64,000 nt of DNA from NCBI GenBank assembly GCA_963809845.1, contig CAWELO010000013.1:309665-373664 (forward strand), in the 5' to 3' direction. Source of the DNA: an uncultured Verrucomicrobiae bacterium. Lineage in GTDB: Bacteria; Verrucomicrobiota; Verrucomicrobiia; Limisphaerales; UBA8199. The position numbers and the translations under genes were made by a program. Shown here in pieces: positions 22,615 to 35,600 of this stretch. Under the pieces are notes generated by a model, which was not told the DNA's origin, did no database searches, and worked only from the letters and a program-made list of their open reading frames with translations. The first letter of the stretch is position 1. Every line of letters begins with the position of its first letter.

Positions 22615-24036
22615 ATGACCCGACCAAGAACAGTGCGATGGCTCTCCCTCTGGTTCGCGGCCACTGCGGCCTTTTCAGCATCCGCCCAAACCCCGGGCTC
22701 CTTGCAGCTCACCAACCTCGAGCAGGCGGCGGGCGCTTGGTCGCTCGGGTGGCAGCTCTCCACCACGGGCACGGCCTATACCGTGCAGTACCAGGACACG
22801 CTCCAAGACGGCATCTGGCGGCTGCCGGCCTCGCCAGCGCCCTTTCCGGTCGGTTCGAACGCCTGGTCCGATGCGGTCAACACCAACACATCGCGCTTCT
22901 ATCGTGTTATCGCGGTTCCCGCGGCGGACAGGGGCAAACTGATTTCGGCCAACTACAGCAACACGCTGCCCGTGAGCGTGCTGAAATTCCTCTTCAATAG
23001 CGCCGGGGTGCAAATCATGCCGCAGTACAACGTGCGCGAGTACAAGATCGACTATGAAACCATCACGCCTTTGGGCGCGCGGACAATGGCCTCCGGGGCG
23101 CTGCTCTTGCCGGAGAACACCGGCCAGTTGCTGCCGCTGGTGAGTTATCAGCATGGCACGATCACCCAGACCAACGGCGCCCCTTCAGCCATGGATCTCA
23201 CCGGCGAGGTCAGTGTCGGGGTGGCGTTCGCCTCGACGGGTTACGCCGCCGCGGTCCCGGATTACCTCGGTTTGGGCGATTCACCCGGATTTCACCCATA
23301 CCACCATGCCCGCTCGGAAGCCACGGCGTGCATCGATATGCTCCGGGCGGTGAAAACCTTCTGCGCCACGAACGGCTTTGCACTCACCAACAAGCTCTTC
23401 CTCTGCGGTTATTCCCAGGGCGGCCACGCCACCATGGCCCTGCTGCGGGAGCTGGAAATGTATCACACCAATGAATTCTCCGTTACCGCCTGCGCTCCGA
23501 TGGCCGGAGCGTACGACCTCTCGGGAGTCACTGCCTCCAATATCCTCGCGGGCGTGGCACAACCCGACCCGTACTATTTCCTCTACATCCTGGCGGCGTA
23601 TCAGGACATTTACCATTTCGCGCCGAGCCTTTCCGACGTGCTGGTCCCACCCTACAACACAATTCTGCCACCCCTCATCTATGGGAGTTCGACCGGTGCG
23701 GTGCTTAATAACGCCATGCCTACCAACATGATCCCTTTGGGGATCCTCAAGCCGGAATTCCTTGCCTCTTTTCGAACCAATCCGCGCCATCCGCTCCGGT
23801 TGGCGCTCGAAGACAACGACGTTTACCAGTGGAAGCCGCGCGCGCCGATGCACCTCTACCATTGCGCGGGGGATCGCGATGTGATTTTCGCCAACTCGCA
23901 AGTGGCCTTGGCCGCCTTTCAAGCCGCAGGGGCGACACAAGTCCAATTATTCGACCCGTTGCCCACGGCGGATCACGCGGGTTGCAGCGAACCCAGCCTC
24001 TTTTTGGCTAAGACCTGGTTCGACACCCTGCGCTGA
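22615..24036 (+). CDS. secreted lipase / alpha-beta hydrolase (LIP-type) with extra N-terminal beta module
   Basis: signal peptide; SYQHGT, PDYLGLG, GYSQGG nucleophile elbow, GAYDL, H..GD..V, DH. Confidence 0.88.
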   Translation: MTRPRTVRWLSLWFAATAAFSASAQTPGSLQLTNLEQAAGAWSLGWQLSTTGTAYTVQYQDTLQDGIWRLPASPAPFPVGSNAWSDAVNTNTSRFYRVIAVPAADRGKLISANYSNTLPVSVLKFLFNSAGVQIMPQYNVREYKIDYETITPLGARTMASGALLLPENTGQLLPLVSYQHGTITQTNGAPSAMDLTGEVSVGVAFASTGYAAAVPDYLGLGDSPGFHPYHHARSEATACIDMLRAVKTFCATNGFALTNKLFLCGYSQGGHATMALLRELEMYHTNEFSVTACAPMAGAYDLSGVTASNILAGVAQPDPYYFLYILAAYQDIYHFAPSLSDVLVPPYNTILPPLIYGSSTGAVLNNAMPTNMIPLGILKPEFLASFRTNPRHPLRLALEDNDVYQWKPRAPMHLYHCAGDRDVIFANSQVALAAFQAAGATQVQLFDPLPTADHAGCSEPSLFLAKTWFDTLR

Positions 24037-24082
24037 CCGCCCGACCGCCCGACCGCCCACCGCGAAACCGGCACCTCGCGTG

Positions 24083-26222
24083 CTACTGCTCCGCGCGAGT
24101 CAGCGCGGCGAGGATCGTGCCGGGTGTGAGGGCTTCGGGCAATACGATAGGCGGGGCCTGGGGATTCTTGGGATAGACCAGGACCAGCGGCACGCCGGCG
24201 CGGCCGAAGCGATTCAGCTCCTCGGTGATGTTGTCCGGAAACGCGGTATAATCAGCCAGCAAGGCGACCGCGTTGAGTTCGCGCAGCTTTTTGCGCACCG
24301 AGGCACTCTCCAAGGCGGGTTTTACCGATCGTGTTGCAGGTCAGACACCATTTTGCGGTGAAATCTACAACCACGGGGCGGTGTTCGGCGCGGGCCTGCG
24401 CCACGGCCGCCGGGGTCCAGGGTTGCCAGGGCACCCCGTTGGGCTCACGCTCGTCGGCCACGCCGGAGCCCGCTTGCTCGACGGGGTCGCGCCAGCGCAG
24501 GTGGCCCTCGATGACCGAAGCGTAGCCCGAACCGAGGATGAACAGGATGGCCAGGGTTGCCAGGACGGGATGGGCCCGGCTCCGCTGGATGAATTCACCA
24601 TAAATCCAGGCAGCCACCGCCACCAGGATAAGGAAGATGATGAGCCACCAGGAGCGTTCGCCGTAATGCAGTGACACCAGGCTGAAGAGCCAGACGGCGG
24701 CAGCCAGCATCGGGAAACCCATCGCCACTTTGAACCGTTCCATCCATGGCCCCGGTTTGGGGAGGAGTTTCAGCCAGGCCGGCTGCCAGGTCAGCACGAC
24801 GTAAGGCAGAGCCAAGCCGATCCCGATGGTCAAAAAGACCAGGAGGGTGATGAGGGCGGTCTGCGACGGCGCGAAAGCGAACCCAATCGCCGCGCCCAGG
24901 AACGGAGCCGTGCATGAGGTGGCCAGGACCGTGGCCAGCAAGCCGTTAAAGAAGGCCCCCGCCGCACCGTGTTTGGCCGATAATCCAGCCGCCGCGCCCA
25001 TGGTCCGTCCACCGAGGTGGACCTCGAAGACCCCGAATAAATTCAAAGCGATCAGCGTCGCGAGCGTCGTCATCACCACCAGGAAATAGGGATTGCCGAA
25101 CTGAATGCCCCAGCCCGCTTTGTGCCCCGCCGCCTTGATGCCGAGCACCAGGCCCGCCAGCGCGAGGAATGAGACCAGGACGCCCAAGGCGTAGATCAGG
25201 CTGAGTTTCCGCGCCCGGGCGGGATCCTCGCTTGCCTGGCCGACGAAGCCGAGGATCTTCAACGCGATCACCGGCAAAACGCAGGGCATCACGTTCAAAA
25301 TCAAACCCCCGATCAACGCATAGACCAGCATCTGCCACAGGGGCGGACCAGCGAGGGGGCCCGCTCCTCCGTCCATAGCCAAGGCCGTCGGCGCGGCGGC
25401 AAGCTCGCCTTCGGCCCCGATGGCCAGCGTCACCTGGTACACCGTCCGCTCCCCGCCCGAGGACTGGATCAACACGCCCGAAATCTGGCTCGGCCAAGCC
25501 GCGCCGAGCTTCTTGATCTGCTTTTGAATCAGAATGCTCCCACTGTCCGCCGGCAGCCTTTGGGTGGCGCCCTGGACCTCAAAGTCCTCGCTGCTGTCGG
25601 GAAAGAAATCCACCTCCGTGGCCGCCTGGGCCGAGTTCCAGCGCAACAACAGAGGACGCGTGTCCCCCGTGGCGGGTTTGCCCCATCGGGCCTGGGCGGC
25701 AATATTATCACCGGGCCCGGGCAGCTTCTTTTGCCATTCCGCCAGCAGCTTGGCATTCTCGGGAGCAGGTTTTGATTCAGCGCCGATATCGAGCCGGGCC
25801 TGCACTTCGGCCTTGCCGGGGACACACTGGATGTTGCATTCGAGCCAGGAAACTCGAGCGCGCAGATCCAACGGTCCGGGCTTCAGGTCAGACGCCAGCT
25901 TCAAAGGCACCAACAGGACGGCCTCGTTGCGGTACACGTAGGTCGTAAGTTCCTGGTCGGGCAACTTGTCCGGCGTGGGCCACTGGACCGGACCGGCGGT
26001 GACCCCGGGTGGGAGTTGCCAGTCGATGGTGGTGGGCATGCCCGAATCACCCGAGTTCTTCCAATAGGTGTGCCAGCCGTCGTCCATCTGCAACTCGACG
26101 CCCGCCAGCACCGTCTCGCCCGGCGTGGCCGTTCCCGCACTCAGCACCAAGCGCGCCTGAGTGTGGGCGGCCTGCGCGGAAAAGCCCGCCAGGCAAAACA
26201 GCATCGCAATCAGCATCCTCAT
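24083..26222 (-). CDS. dsbD: protein-disulfide reductase DsbD family; frameshift near 24325
   Basis: GWHTYWKNSGDSG, CNIQC, NVMPCVLPV, ATSCTAPF, PKPGPWM, DFTAKWCLTC; C-terminus FGRAGVPL in ORF 24083..24313. Confidence 0.9.
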
Positions 26223-26334
26223 GGTGAGTCGCACGAAAGGAAGATGCCTTACATTTGGGGATTGGAAACCAGTTTTTGTTCCGGCAGCGATGCTCCTCAT
26301 TGATTTCGCACGCCCGGTTATTAGAGTGTTCCTA

Positions 26335-27474
26335 ATGCAGGCTCAGAGTTCCGCCACGAGCAACACCTGGTTTCAGACCGGGCGCGATGCTTTTGCCGCC
26401 ATGCTCACGGCAATCGAGGCCGCGCGAGACTCTGTTTTTCTCGAGACCTACACGTATTCCGCGGGCGAACTCGGCGAGCGCTTCCGTGAGGCGCTGTGCC
26501 GCGCCCGACAGCGGGGCGCGCAGGTGCGCGTCCTGATCGATGCCCTGGGGTCGTACACCCTCCCCGCGGCCTTTTGGCGTCCACTGAAGGTTCTCGGCGG
26601 CGAGGCGCGTTTTTTCAATCCCCTTTCCTGGAACCGCCTGGGAATTCGCAACCATCGAAAGCTGCTGGTCTGTGATCGTCTCGTGGCGTTCGTGGGCGGT
26701 TTTAACATTGCCCCGGAGTATGACGGTGACGGCGTCACGTCTGGCTGGTGTGATCTGGGACTGCGGCTGGAAGCCCCGCTCGCCGAACAGCTCGCGGTGA
26801 GTTTTGAAGAGATGTTTGCCCGGGCGGATTTTCAGCATCGCCCCTTTATCCGGCTGCGGCGCTCCCCGGCCCGGCGGACCGTTCCGGGCTACCAGGAGCA
26901 ACTCCTGCTCAGCGGGCCCGGGCGGGGAGTGAATCCGATCAAGCGCGCCCTGTTTCATGACCTGGCCACCGCGCGCTCCGTCCAGATCATCGCGGCGTAC
27001 TTTTTGCCGACCTGGAGTTTGCGCCGGCAATTAGCCCGGGTGTCCCGCCGGGGAGGGCGGGTGCAGTTGATCCTGCCGGGAAAAACCGACGTGGCGATTT
27101 CGCGTTTGGCCGGCCAAAGCCTGTATCGGCGCCTGCTAAAGGACCAAATCGAAATCTACGAATACCAACCGCAGGTGCTGCATGCCAAGCTGCTGATTGT
27201 GGACGGTTTTGTCTATGTCGGTTCAGCCAACCTCGACCCGCGCAGCCTCAACATCAATTACGAACTCATGATCCGCTTCGAACACCCGGATATGGCGCGC
27301 CAGGCCCGGGCGTTCTTTGGCCGCTGCCTCGAACATTGCCGGCCGGTTCTCGCCCAGGACTGGCGCCGATCGAGATCTCTTTGGCGCCGGCTGAAGCAGC
27401 ACTGGGCTTATTTCCTGTTGGTGAGAATTGACCCCTACCTCGCCCGGCGCCAGTGGCGGACGTTGCCCGACTGA
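26335..27474 (+). CDS. phospholipase D family cardiolipin synthase (ClsB-like)
   Basis: two HKD motifs RNHRKLLVCD and LHAKLLIVD, GGFNI, GSANLDPRS. Confidence 0.9.
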   Translation: MQAQSSATSNTWFQTGRDAFAAMLTAIEAARDSVFLETYTYSAGELGERFREALCRARQRGAQVRVLIDALGSYTLPAAFWRPLKVLGGEARFFNPLSWNRLGIRNHRKLLVCDRLVAFVGGFNIAPEYDGDGVTSGWCDLGLRLEAPLAEQLAVSFEEMFARADFQHRPFIRLRRSPARRTVPGYQEQLLLSGPGRGVNPIKRALFHDLATARSVQIIAAYFLPTWSLRRQLARVSRRGGRVQLILPGKTDVAISRLAGQSLYRRLLKDQIEIYEYQPQVLHAKLLIVDGFVYVGSANLDPRSLNINYELMIRFEHPDMARQARAFFGRCLEHCRPVLAQDWRRSRSLWRRLKQHWAYFLLVRIDPYLARRQWRTLPD

Positions 27475-27476
27475 GA

Positions 27477-29888
27477 TTACCTCGGGCTGGCATCGGGCCA
27501 GTTGAGTTGCCGTTCGAGAAACTCGAAAGTGCCCACCCCGTGAATGGTGTGCGGGCCGTTGAAGAACTCGATCGCCGTTCGGTCCCCGATGCCCAGTTGA
27601 TCATAAAGCCGGCGAACCTTGGCGTACTCGCTCGCCACCCATTCATCGATGCCCACCCCGTCGTTGTGCCCCCGCTCGACCATGAACGGGCGTGGGGCGA
27701 TCAACGCCGCCATCTCGGCATAGTTGAAGGTTTCACCCAGGTTAAACTCGGGCAGTTCATACTCGTTCATGAACATGTAGCTCAGCGGGAAATCGGTCGA
27801 GGCATTCTTGCTGACCCAATCGTTGAAATCCCCCGAGCAAATCGAGAGCGCATAGCCTCCGAGGACGGCCGGCACGCGCATGGCCGTCTTGCCGCCGTAC
27901 GACAGCCCATAAAAGGCAATCCGCTTGGGATCGACAAACGGCTGCTGGCCAAGCCATTCCAGAAGCCGCGCGTGCTGGGCGATGATGAACGAGAAGAGCG
28001 ATTGGCCCAAGGGATTCGCCAGGCGTTGCAGGTGCCGGAACCGGTCGCCGCCCCGGTAGGGATTATGCGGGGCAAAGACGATAAAGCCCCGGTCGGCCAA
28101 CCGGGCCGCGAAGGCGTGGTAATAGTGAAACGCCTGCGAAGCGGGATCCGGGTTGATCACATCCGCGGGAACTCCCTCGAGGCCATGCTGACACACCACC
28201 ACCGGGCGCCGTTCGCCCGGCTTCAAATCCTTCGGCACCAGCAAATACCCCCAGGCGAAGACATCCGGCTCAACATCCAGGACCACTTCATAGCCGGTCC
28301 ACCGGCTCGGGGTGTTGGTCCCCTGCCCCGCCGGAGCGAGGTTCAAGCGACGCGTTCTGGGGTTGATAGGAATCGTGCTTGGGGGGAGTTTGCCCAGGAC
28401 ATCCTCCCAAAGCACCTTCTGGTAGGGAGCACACGAGGCCTCCCATTCAGTCGGTGAGCCTGCCGAGATGCGCCGCCAGAAAAACTCCTCTCGAATCCGG
28501 TCCGACTCGCGCAACCGCGCTTGAGTGAAGTCTTGCAACTCCGAAACCTGCCGATGCTGTCGCTCGCTTGGATCGAACCCCGGACGCAGATCGACCGGTT
28601 GCGTGCCAGGCTGCCTCACCGCTTCGCCGGTCACGCCCAACGCGTTGAGCAATGCCGAAAGGGCTCGGTCCGAGCCGGGCCCGGTCAGCATGCCCTCGGC
28701 CCCAGTGATGAGCTGGAGGTGATCAAACTGCGCGGGGTCGCCCCCCTTGAGCAACGCGCGCGCGCGCTCGAATTCAGCCTCGACACTCGTGTAGTCCGGT
28801 GTGCTCAGCTTGCCCGGAGCGGCGCCGCCTCGCCCCTCCTGTGCCGGCGTCGGCCCCTCCACCTTGGGAACCGCGCTATACTCCACCACCAACGCCCGGG
28901 GCGCGATCAAGCTGGCGATTTCCGCATCGCCAAATTCTCTTAACAGTCCAAATACATTGCGGTAAATGGGCTCTTCAGAGAGTTGCTGCCGGGAATCGAA
29001 ATAGCCGCTGACGAGCGCCGCATCGAGCCTCGGGTCCAGCGCCGCGCTGTACATCGCGAGCAATCCGCCCTCGCCATAACCGGCCACTCCGAGTTTCAAG
29101 TCGTGGCCCGGCCCCGACCCGTTCTCGCTTTTAAAGAAATCCACCGCCGCCATTACCTTTTGGACCTCGTAGCCGATCACATGGCGGCCCATCTCGAAGG
29201 CCTGGCGGTAAATCCACTCGCGGTGCGGTTGGTTGGTGAACCGCTTCAAAACCGGGTTGCCCGACCAGGTGTCGTCCCGGCTGACCAGGACCGGCACCAG
29301 CACCTCACAGCCGTTTTCGGCAAGACGCCGGGCAAATTGCCGCTCCGGGATGAGTCCCGGCGTCAAGCCGGCAATCATTTCGGGCGTTTGGCCGGCGTCG
29401 GGAATCGCAATCACACGAGCCACCGGTGCGTTTTTCGGTCGCAGCCACAACCCCTCCCCGCATACGCGCTCGAGTACCGGCCAGCGAACGGCGTGGACAG
29501 TGAACGCATCGGTCTCCGCGACGAGTGCCGGGGATTTCGTGCTGGTCACGAAACTCAATTCGGTCACCGGCAAGCGCGTATCCACCAGGCCAATGAGGGT
29601 TCGCAAACGCTCTCGATTCGGACCAACCGAGCGCTCCCAGGCCTCGTTCGACGAGAAATCCCGATGCCAGAATTGGGATCGCGCAGCCACCGAGTCGGCG
29701 GTCTCGCGTTTGAGGAAGCTCTCGATCCCGGAAACCATCTGGTCCGAAAGGTCGCCTTCCAGGTTCAAACCGGAAGTGCCGGGCAACACGTCCTGGGCGT
29801 GCAGGTGGACCGCGCCCAAAGTCAAACCCAGTAACAAAGCTCGAATCCGCCATTCCACGCCTGCGCGCCGTAAGCATTCAAGGGTCAT
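27477..29888 (-). CDS. secreted tandem alpha/beta-hydrolase (dienelactone hydrolase-like)
   Basis: two hydrolase-like halves (GYGEGG and GLSYGG), LIAPR twice, FNGPH; exact start uncertain. Confidence 0.8.
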   Translation of the reverse strand: MTLECLRRAGVEWRIRALLLGLTLGAVHLHAQDVLPGTSGLNLEGDLSDQMVSGIESFLKRETADSVAARSQFWHRDFSSNEAWERSVGPNRERLRTLIGLVDTRLPVTELSFVTSTKSPALVAETDAFTVHAVRWPVLERVCGEGLWLRPKNAPVARVIAIPDAGQTPEMIAGLTPGLIPERQFARRLAENGCEVLVPVLVSRDDTWSGNPVLKRFTNQPHREWIYRQAFEMGRHVIGYEVQKVMAAVDFFKSENGSGPGHDLKLGVAGYGEGGLLAMYSAALDPRLDAALVSGYFDSRQQLSEEPIYRNVFGLLREFGDAEIASLIAPRALVVEYSAVPKVEGPTPAQEGRGGAAPGKLSTPDYTSVEAEFERARALLKGGDPAQFDHLQLITGAEGMLTGPGSDRALSALLNALGVTGEAVRQPGTQPVDLRPGFDPSERQHRQVSELQDFTQARLRESDRIREEFFWRRISAGSPTEWEASCAPYQKVLWEDVLGKLPPSTIPINPRTRRLNLAPAGQGTNTPSRWTGYEVVLDVEPDVFAWGYLLVPKDLKPGERRPVVVCQHGLEGVPADVINPDPASQAFHYYHAFAARLADRGFIVFAPHNPYRGGDRFRHLQRLANPLGQSLFSFIIAQHARLLEWLGQQPFVDPKRIAFYGLSYGGKTAMRVPAVLGGYALSICSGDFNDWVSKNASTDFPLSYMFMNEYELPEFNLGETFNYAEMAALIAPRPFMVERGHNDGVGIDEWVASEYAKVRRLYDQLGIGDRTAIEFFNGPHTIHGVGTFEFLERQLNWPDASPR

Positions 29889-30059
29889 GGGAGTCAGGAT
29901 TGGCCCTCGGCGAAACAATGTCCAGTCAAAGCAGGCTCAAGCCGTCCACCCGGGCCGGGGTGGAAACCTTGGAAGAACTTCCGCAAAAGCCAGAGGATGA
30001 CGCAGGGCGACCCCTGCGCCGGTCACCCCCGTTCAAAAACAGCGTGCGCCCGGCGGGCG

Positions 30060-31043
30060 CTACCGGGACAGGTTCTTGGCGTCTTGCCGGTTTCCGGACG
30101 CAACCGGGGCGAACCGGGCCGAGGCCGGGCCTTTGGGGACCGAGGTTTGGGCCAGTTCATTGACGCTCCCCCGGCGGTAGCCTTGCAGATCCAAGGTCAC
30201 ATGCGCATAGCCCATCCGCTTCAGAGCCTCGGCGATCCTGGTCGAAAAACCAGGTTCAAGGACTCTCGCCATCTCACCCGCACCCACCTCGATCCGCGCC
30301 AAATGCAACACCACGGCCGGCGCCGGGAATGAAACGGCCGGCTGAGCGCCCGCGCCACCGGGCAACGATCCCCCGACCGGCAACCGGGACGCGGACACCA
30401 ACTCATGGTGCCGAACGCGCACATCGTAGAACCCCAGATCCCGCAGGACATTTTCCGCCTGCTCGATCATTCGCAGCTTTTCGGGCGTCACCGCCTCGCC
30501 GTAAGGAATCCGCGAACTCAGACAGGCCATTTGTGGCTTATCCGCCGTAGGCAATCCCAGGCGGGCGGACAACCCGCGAATCTCGGCTTTGGTCAACCCG
30601 GCCTCCTTGAGCGGAGCGCGAACCTGGAATTCGCTCGCCGCCTGCGCCCCGGGTCGAAAATCCCCTGCGTCGCTCGCATTCTCACCATAAGCAATCACGG
30701 CAAATGCCCTGGCCCGGGCCAGCGGAACCAACTCGGTGAACAGCTCGTGTTTGCAGAAGTAACACCGATTTGTGGGATTAGCCAGGTAGTCCGAGTTGTC
30801 GAATTCCCGGGTCCGGACGATCTCGACCGGAAAGTTGAACTGCCGGGCGATGGCCAGGGCTTCATCGAACTCGCGTCGCGGTAAACTGGGTGAATCGGCA
30901 ATCGCCGCCAATGACTTCTCACCCAGGACCTGGTGCGCCACGCAGGCCAGAAACACCGAGTCCACCCCCCCGGAGTACGCCACGAGGCAGGAGCCGTACG
31001 AAACCAGCAAATTGCGCAATTGTTCGAGCTTATCGCTTGCCAC
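30060..31043 (-). CDS. larE: ATP-dependent sacrificial sulfur transferase LarE
   Basis: AYSGGVDS PP-loop, NRCYFCK, DFRPG, ACLSSRIPYG, VRVRHH, LDLQGYRRGS. Confidence 0.92.
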   Translation of the reverse strand: MASDKLEQLRNLLVSYGSCLVAYSGGVDSVFLACVAHQVLGEKSLAAIADSPSLPRREFDEALAIARQFNFPVEIVRTREFDNSDYLANPTNRCYFCKHELFTELVPLARARAFAVIAYGENASDAGDFRPGAQAASEFQVRAPLKEAGLTKAEIRGLSARLGLPTADKPQMACLSSRIPYGEAVTPEKLRMIEQAENVLRDLGFYDVRVRHHELVSASRLPVGGSLPGGAGAQPAVSFPAPAVVLHLARIEVGAGEMARVLEPGFSTRIAEALKRMGYAHVTLDLQGYRRGSVNELAQTSVPKGPASARFAPVASGNRQDAKNLSR

Positions 31044-31193
31044 ATTGCCAAAATGGCACTCCTGGCCCCCAATGTCGAGGCTGGGACGACCGGTCAAGGG
31101 TGCGTCCGGGCAGTACCCCCCCAGTTCGCTGGCTCTGAGACGGCTTACAGCGTTCCGTGATTCTCATCGTGCTCCGATGGATTTTGGAGACGC

Positions 31194-31218
31194 TAAGCCG
31201 GCTCAAAGCCGGCGCTCC
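31194..31218 (+). repeat. short REP-like hairpin, copy 2
   Basis: identical to 2601-2625. Confidence 0.75.
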
Positions 31219-31385
31219 CGCGTCTGGCGGTGTTCGGTGGCAGTGCTGCCGGGATAGGTGGAGGACGGATTTCTTCGGAGGCCGCGGTTTTCCGTGGGCG
31301 CGGGCAATTGGTGTATCCTCGCCCGTAGATACCTGGCCCTCAAGCCCGGCGCTACGGGTAATCCCCGGCTGGCCACACCGCCCTT

Positions 31386-31577
31386 CAGGCCAAAGGCCTG
31401 GGTCATACCAGACCGGGGCAACGCCCCGGGTTCATAGGCCAAAGAGTGCATTCTGAGCGCTGAAAGCGCGAGTCCTCCCGGGGCTCATGAGGCAGGCCGT
31501 TGGCCTGCAACCCCAAACGACGCGCCTCGAACCCCGGGCGTGTGCCCGGGGCTGGTATAAATGACGCCTTCGGCGTC
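31386..31577. repeat. composite REP/REPIN-like element
   Basis: hairpins CAGGCCAAAGGCCTG, GCGCTGAAAGCGC, CAGGCCGTTGGCCTG, GACGCCTTCGGCGTC, with imperfect inverted arms ATACCAGACCGGGGCAACGCCCCGGG / CCCGGGCGTGTGCCCGGGGCTGGTAT. Confidence 0.75.
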
Positions 31578-31727
31578 TCCAATCCCCCGGCGGGCAAGCC
31601 ATGGAAACCCGGAGTTCTTGGTACACCAGGCAAACGAAGGCAACGAAGAATTCTGTCGTGCACCCTGCCGGGATCCGCGGCCCAGTCCAGGCTTGACCCG
31701 GCGGGCGAATCTGTTTGCATAGCAGTG

Positions 31728-32120
31728 ATGAAACCGATCATTTTTGCGATTTTAACCGGGCTTCTGATAGTGGGTGCGGGCTGTGTCAGCACCGTCAGCG
31801 AGCGCACCACGCCGGGCTTGCCGTTCGTCAAAGACAAGATCCAAGGCCGCTACGAGCGGCCCGTAGAGGAAATCTTCGTGGCCGCCAAGGACGTCATCCG
31901 GGCCAATGGCGTTCTGGTCAACGAAAGCGTCCTCTACAACGAAACGAATCTCGTCAAAACCGTCGAGGGCAAGGTCAACGAGCGCAACGTCTGGGTCCGG
32001 GTCGAAGCTGTCGATCCCAAGGTGACCGAGGTCACCGTTCAGACGCGGACGCCGGGCGGCGGTTCGGACATCGACCTGGCGCATGAACTCGAGAAGGAGA
32101 TCGCGCTGAAACTCCGGTAA
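31728..32120 (+). CDS. lipoprotein (DUF3568-like)
   Basis: lipobox-like LLIVGAGC; GRYERP..., TEVTVQTRT..GGSDIDLA. Confidence 0.7.
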   Translation: MKPIIFAILTGLLIVGAGCVSTVSERTTPGLPFVKDKIQGRYERPVEEIFVAAKDVIRANGVLVNESVLYNETNLVKTVEGKVNERNVWVRVEAVDPKVTEVTVQTRTPGGGSDIDLAHELEKEIALKLR

Positions 32121-32346
32121 ACCGCAGAAGGATCTACCCGAAGGAAACCCCTGGGGAGCCGGTGATCGCGACGGGGTTCAGGCCGGCGTATTTCCAGGCG
32201 ATGGCGCCCGCGGTGAGGTTCGGCAGGATCAACGTGGGAGCATGGCGCTTGCTGTGCCTTGACAGCGCAGAATCCGCGGCGGATAGTCTGAAGGCAGGTT
32301 ATTAGAACATACTTAAATTCGTTGGCTTTTCAGATGAAAGAAGTTT

Positions 32347-32565
32347 ATGGAGTCTAGAATTGAAAGCAGCACCACCCCGGACAATGAAGGTCTCTCCACG
32401 GACCGCATCGTCGAACAACTCAAAAACATGATCCAGCGCGCCGAGGAAACCGCCGTCGAGCGCGCTAAAGCAGCCGACCGGGTGATTCGCGATCATCCCT
32501 ACCAAACCGTCGGTTTGGCGTTCGGCCTGGGTCTGCTCATTGGCCTGTTGGTTCGCCGCAAGTAG
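32347..32565 (+). CDS. DUF883 / ElaB-YqjD family tail-anchored protein
   Basis: ADRVIRDHPYQTVGLAFGLGLLIGLLVRRK C-terminus. Confidence 0.9.
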   Translation: MESRIESSTTPDNEGLSTDRIVEQLKNMIQRAEETAVERAKAADRVIRDHPYQTVGLAFGLGLLIGLLVRRK

Positions 32566-32566
32566 A

Positions 32567-32956
32567 ATGGCCTCGGACGAGCCACCGCGCCCGGGGATTT
32601 TTACCTCGCTTCGGAGGATTTGCGATCTTGGTCTTGGGCTGGTGCAGAACCGGATCGAGTTATTCGCCGTTGAGCTCGAGGAACAGAAGGTTCGATTGGT
32701 CCGGGTGCTGGTGCTGGTGGCGGCGGCCGTGTTCCTAGCCAACACGGCCATCCTGGTCATCACCGCGACCATTGTTATAGCGGCTGGCGAAGCCGCGCGG
32801 GTGCCCGTGCTCATCGGGCTCTGCGTGTTTTATGTTCTGGCCGCCGTGATCTCCGGCCTGATGTTGCGGAAAGAGATCCGGGCCTCGCCGGCTCCTTTTG
32901 AAGGGAGCGTTTCCGAGATCAAGAAGGACCGCCAATGGCTCAAGCCTCCGAATTAG
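32567..32956 (+). CDS. YqjE-like (holin superfamily III) membrane protein
   Basis: QNRIELFAVELEEQK, two TM segments, PFEGSVSEIKKDRQWL. Confidence 0.85.
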   Translation: MASDEPPRPGIFTSLRRICDLGLGLVQNRIELFAVELEEQKVRLVRVLVLVAAAVFLANTAILVITATIVIAAGEAARVPVLIGLCVFYVLAAVISGLMLRKEIRASPAPFEGSVSEIKKDRQWLKPPN

Positions 32957-33279
32957 CCCGGATCGCCGAGCGCCGGAGAACACTCGTGGAACAGAGCGGC
33001 GCCATCCGCCAGCGGCTGGGCGAAGAGTGTTCGAATCTTCACGGGGCCGCGGGTTGGATCGATACCGGCTACTCCTGGGCGCGCTCCTTTCGCTCCTGGT
33101 GGCCGCTGGCCGCAGCCGGGCTGGGCCTGCTCATCGGGAAACGCGGTACCGGCCTGGTGCGAAACGCGGGCAAGCTCTGGAGCTGGTGGAGGGTGTTGAA
33201 GCAAGCGAGCGGCCTGTGGCGCCAGTTTTTTGCGGGATCGGGCTCTGCCCAGGCGCCCGGGCGCGCAAAGCCGGGTTAG
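32935..33279 (+). CDS. YqjK-like protein
   Basis: ELARIAERRRTLVEQS...R; third gene of a yqjD-E-K-like operon. Confidence 0.65.
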   Translation: MAQASELARIAERRRTLVEQSGAIRQRLGEECSNLHGAAGWIDTGYSWARSFRSWWPLAAAGLGLLIGKRGTGLVRNAGKLWSWWRVLKQASGLWRQFFAGSGSAQAPGRAKPG

Positions 33280-33536
33280 CTCCGCAGCGCCAGGCAGAAG
33301 CACGATGGCCAGGCTCCGAGATCGCCCTGCCCGATGGACTCACTTCGCTGCACGTGCAGCACGGCGACCAGCGTTTCCTCGTCCCCGTCTCCCCGCTCAG
33401 CTCCGCGCAGAGCGCACCACGAATGAGGCGTCTGCCACCCCCTGATGATCTCGATCCCCCTCCACCTTCAACCAAGCCGCAACGTGCGCGGGGCCCGAAG
33501 CCGAACCTCATTAAGCCTCATTAGGAACCGGCGCGG

Positions 33537-35600
<2,064 letters not shown>

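Noticed and set aside
32567..32956. Holin-family gene as a sign of a prophage
   Set aside because: Context is a yqjD-yqjE-yqjK-like housekeeping operon; no phage genes nearby
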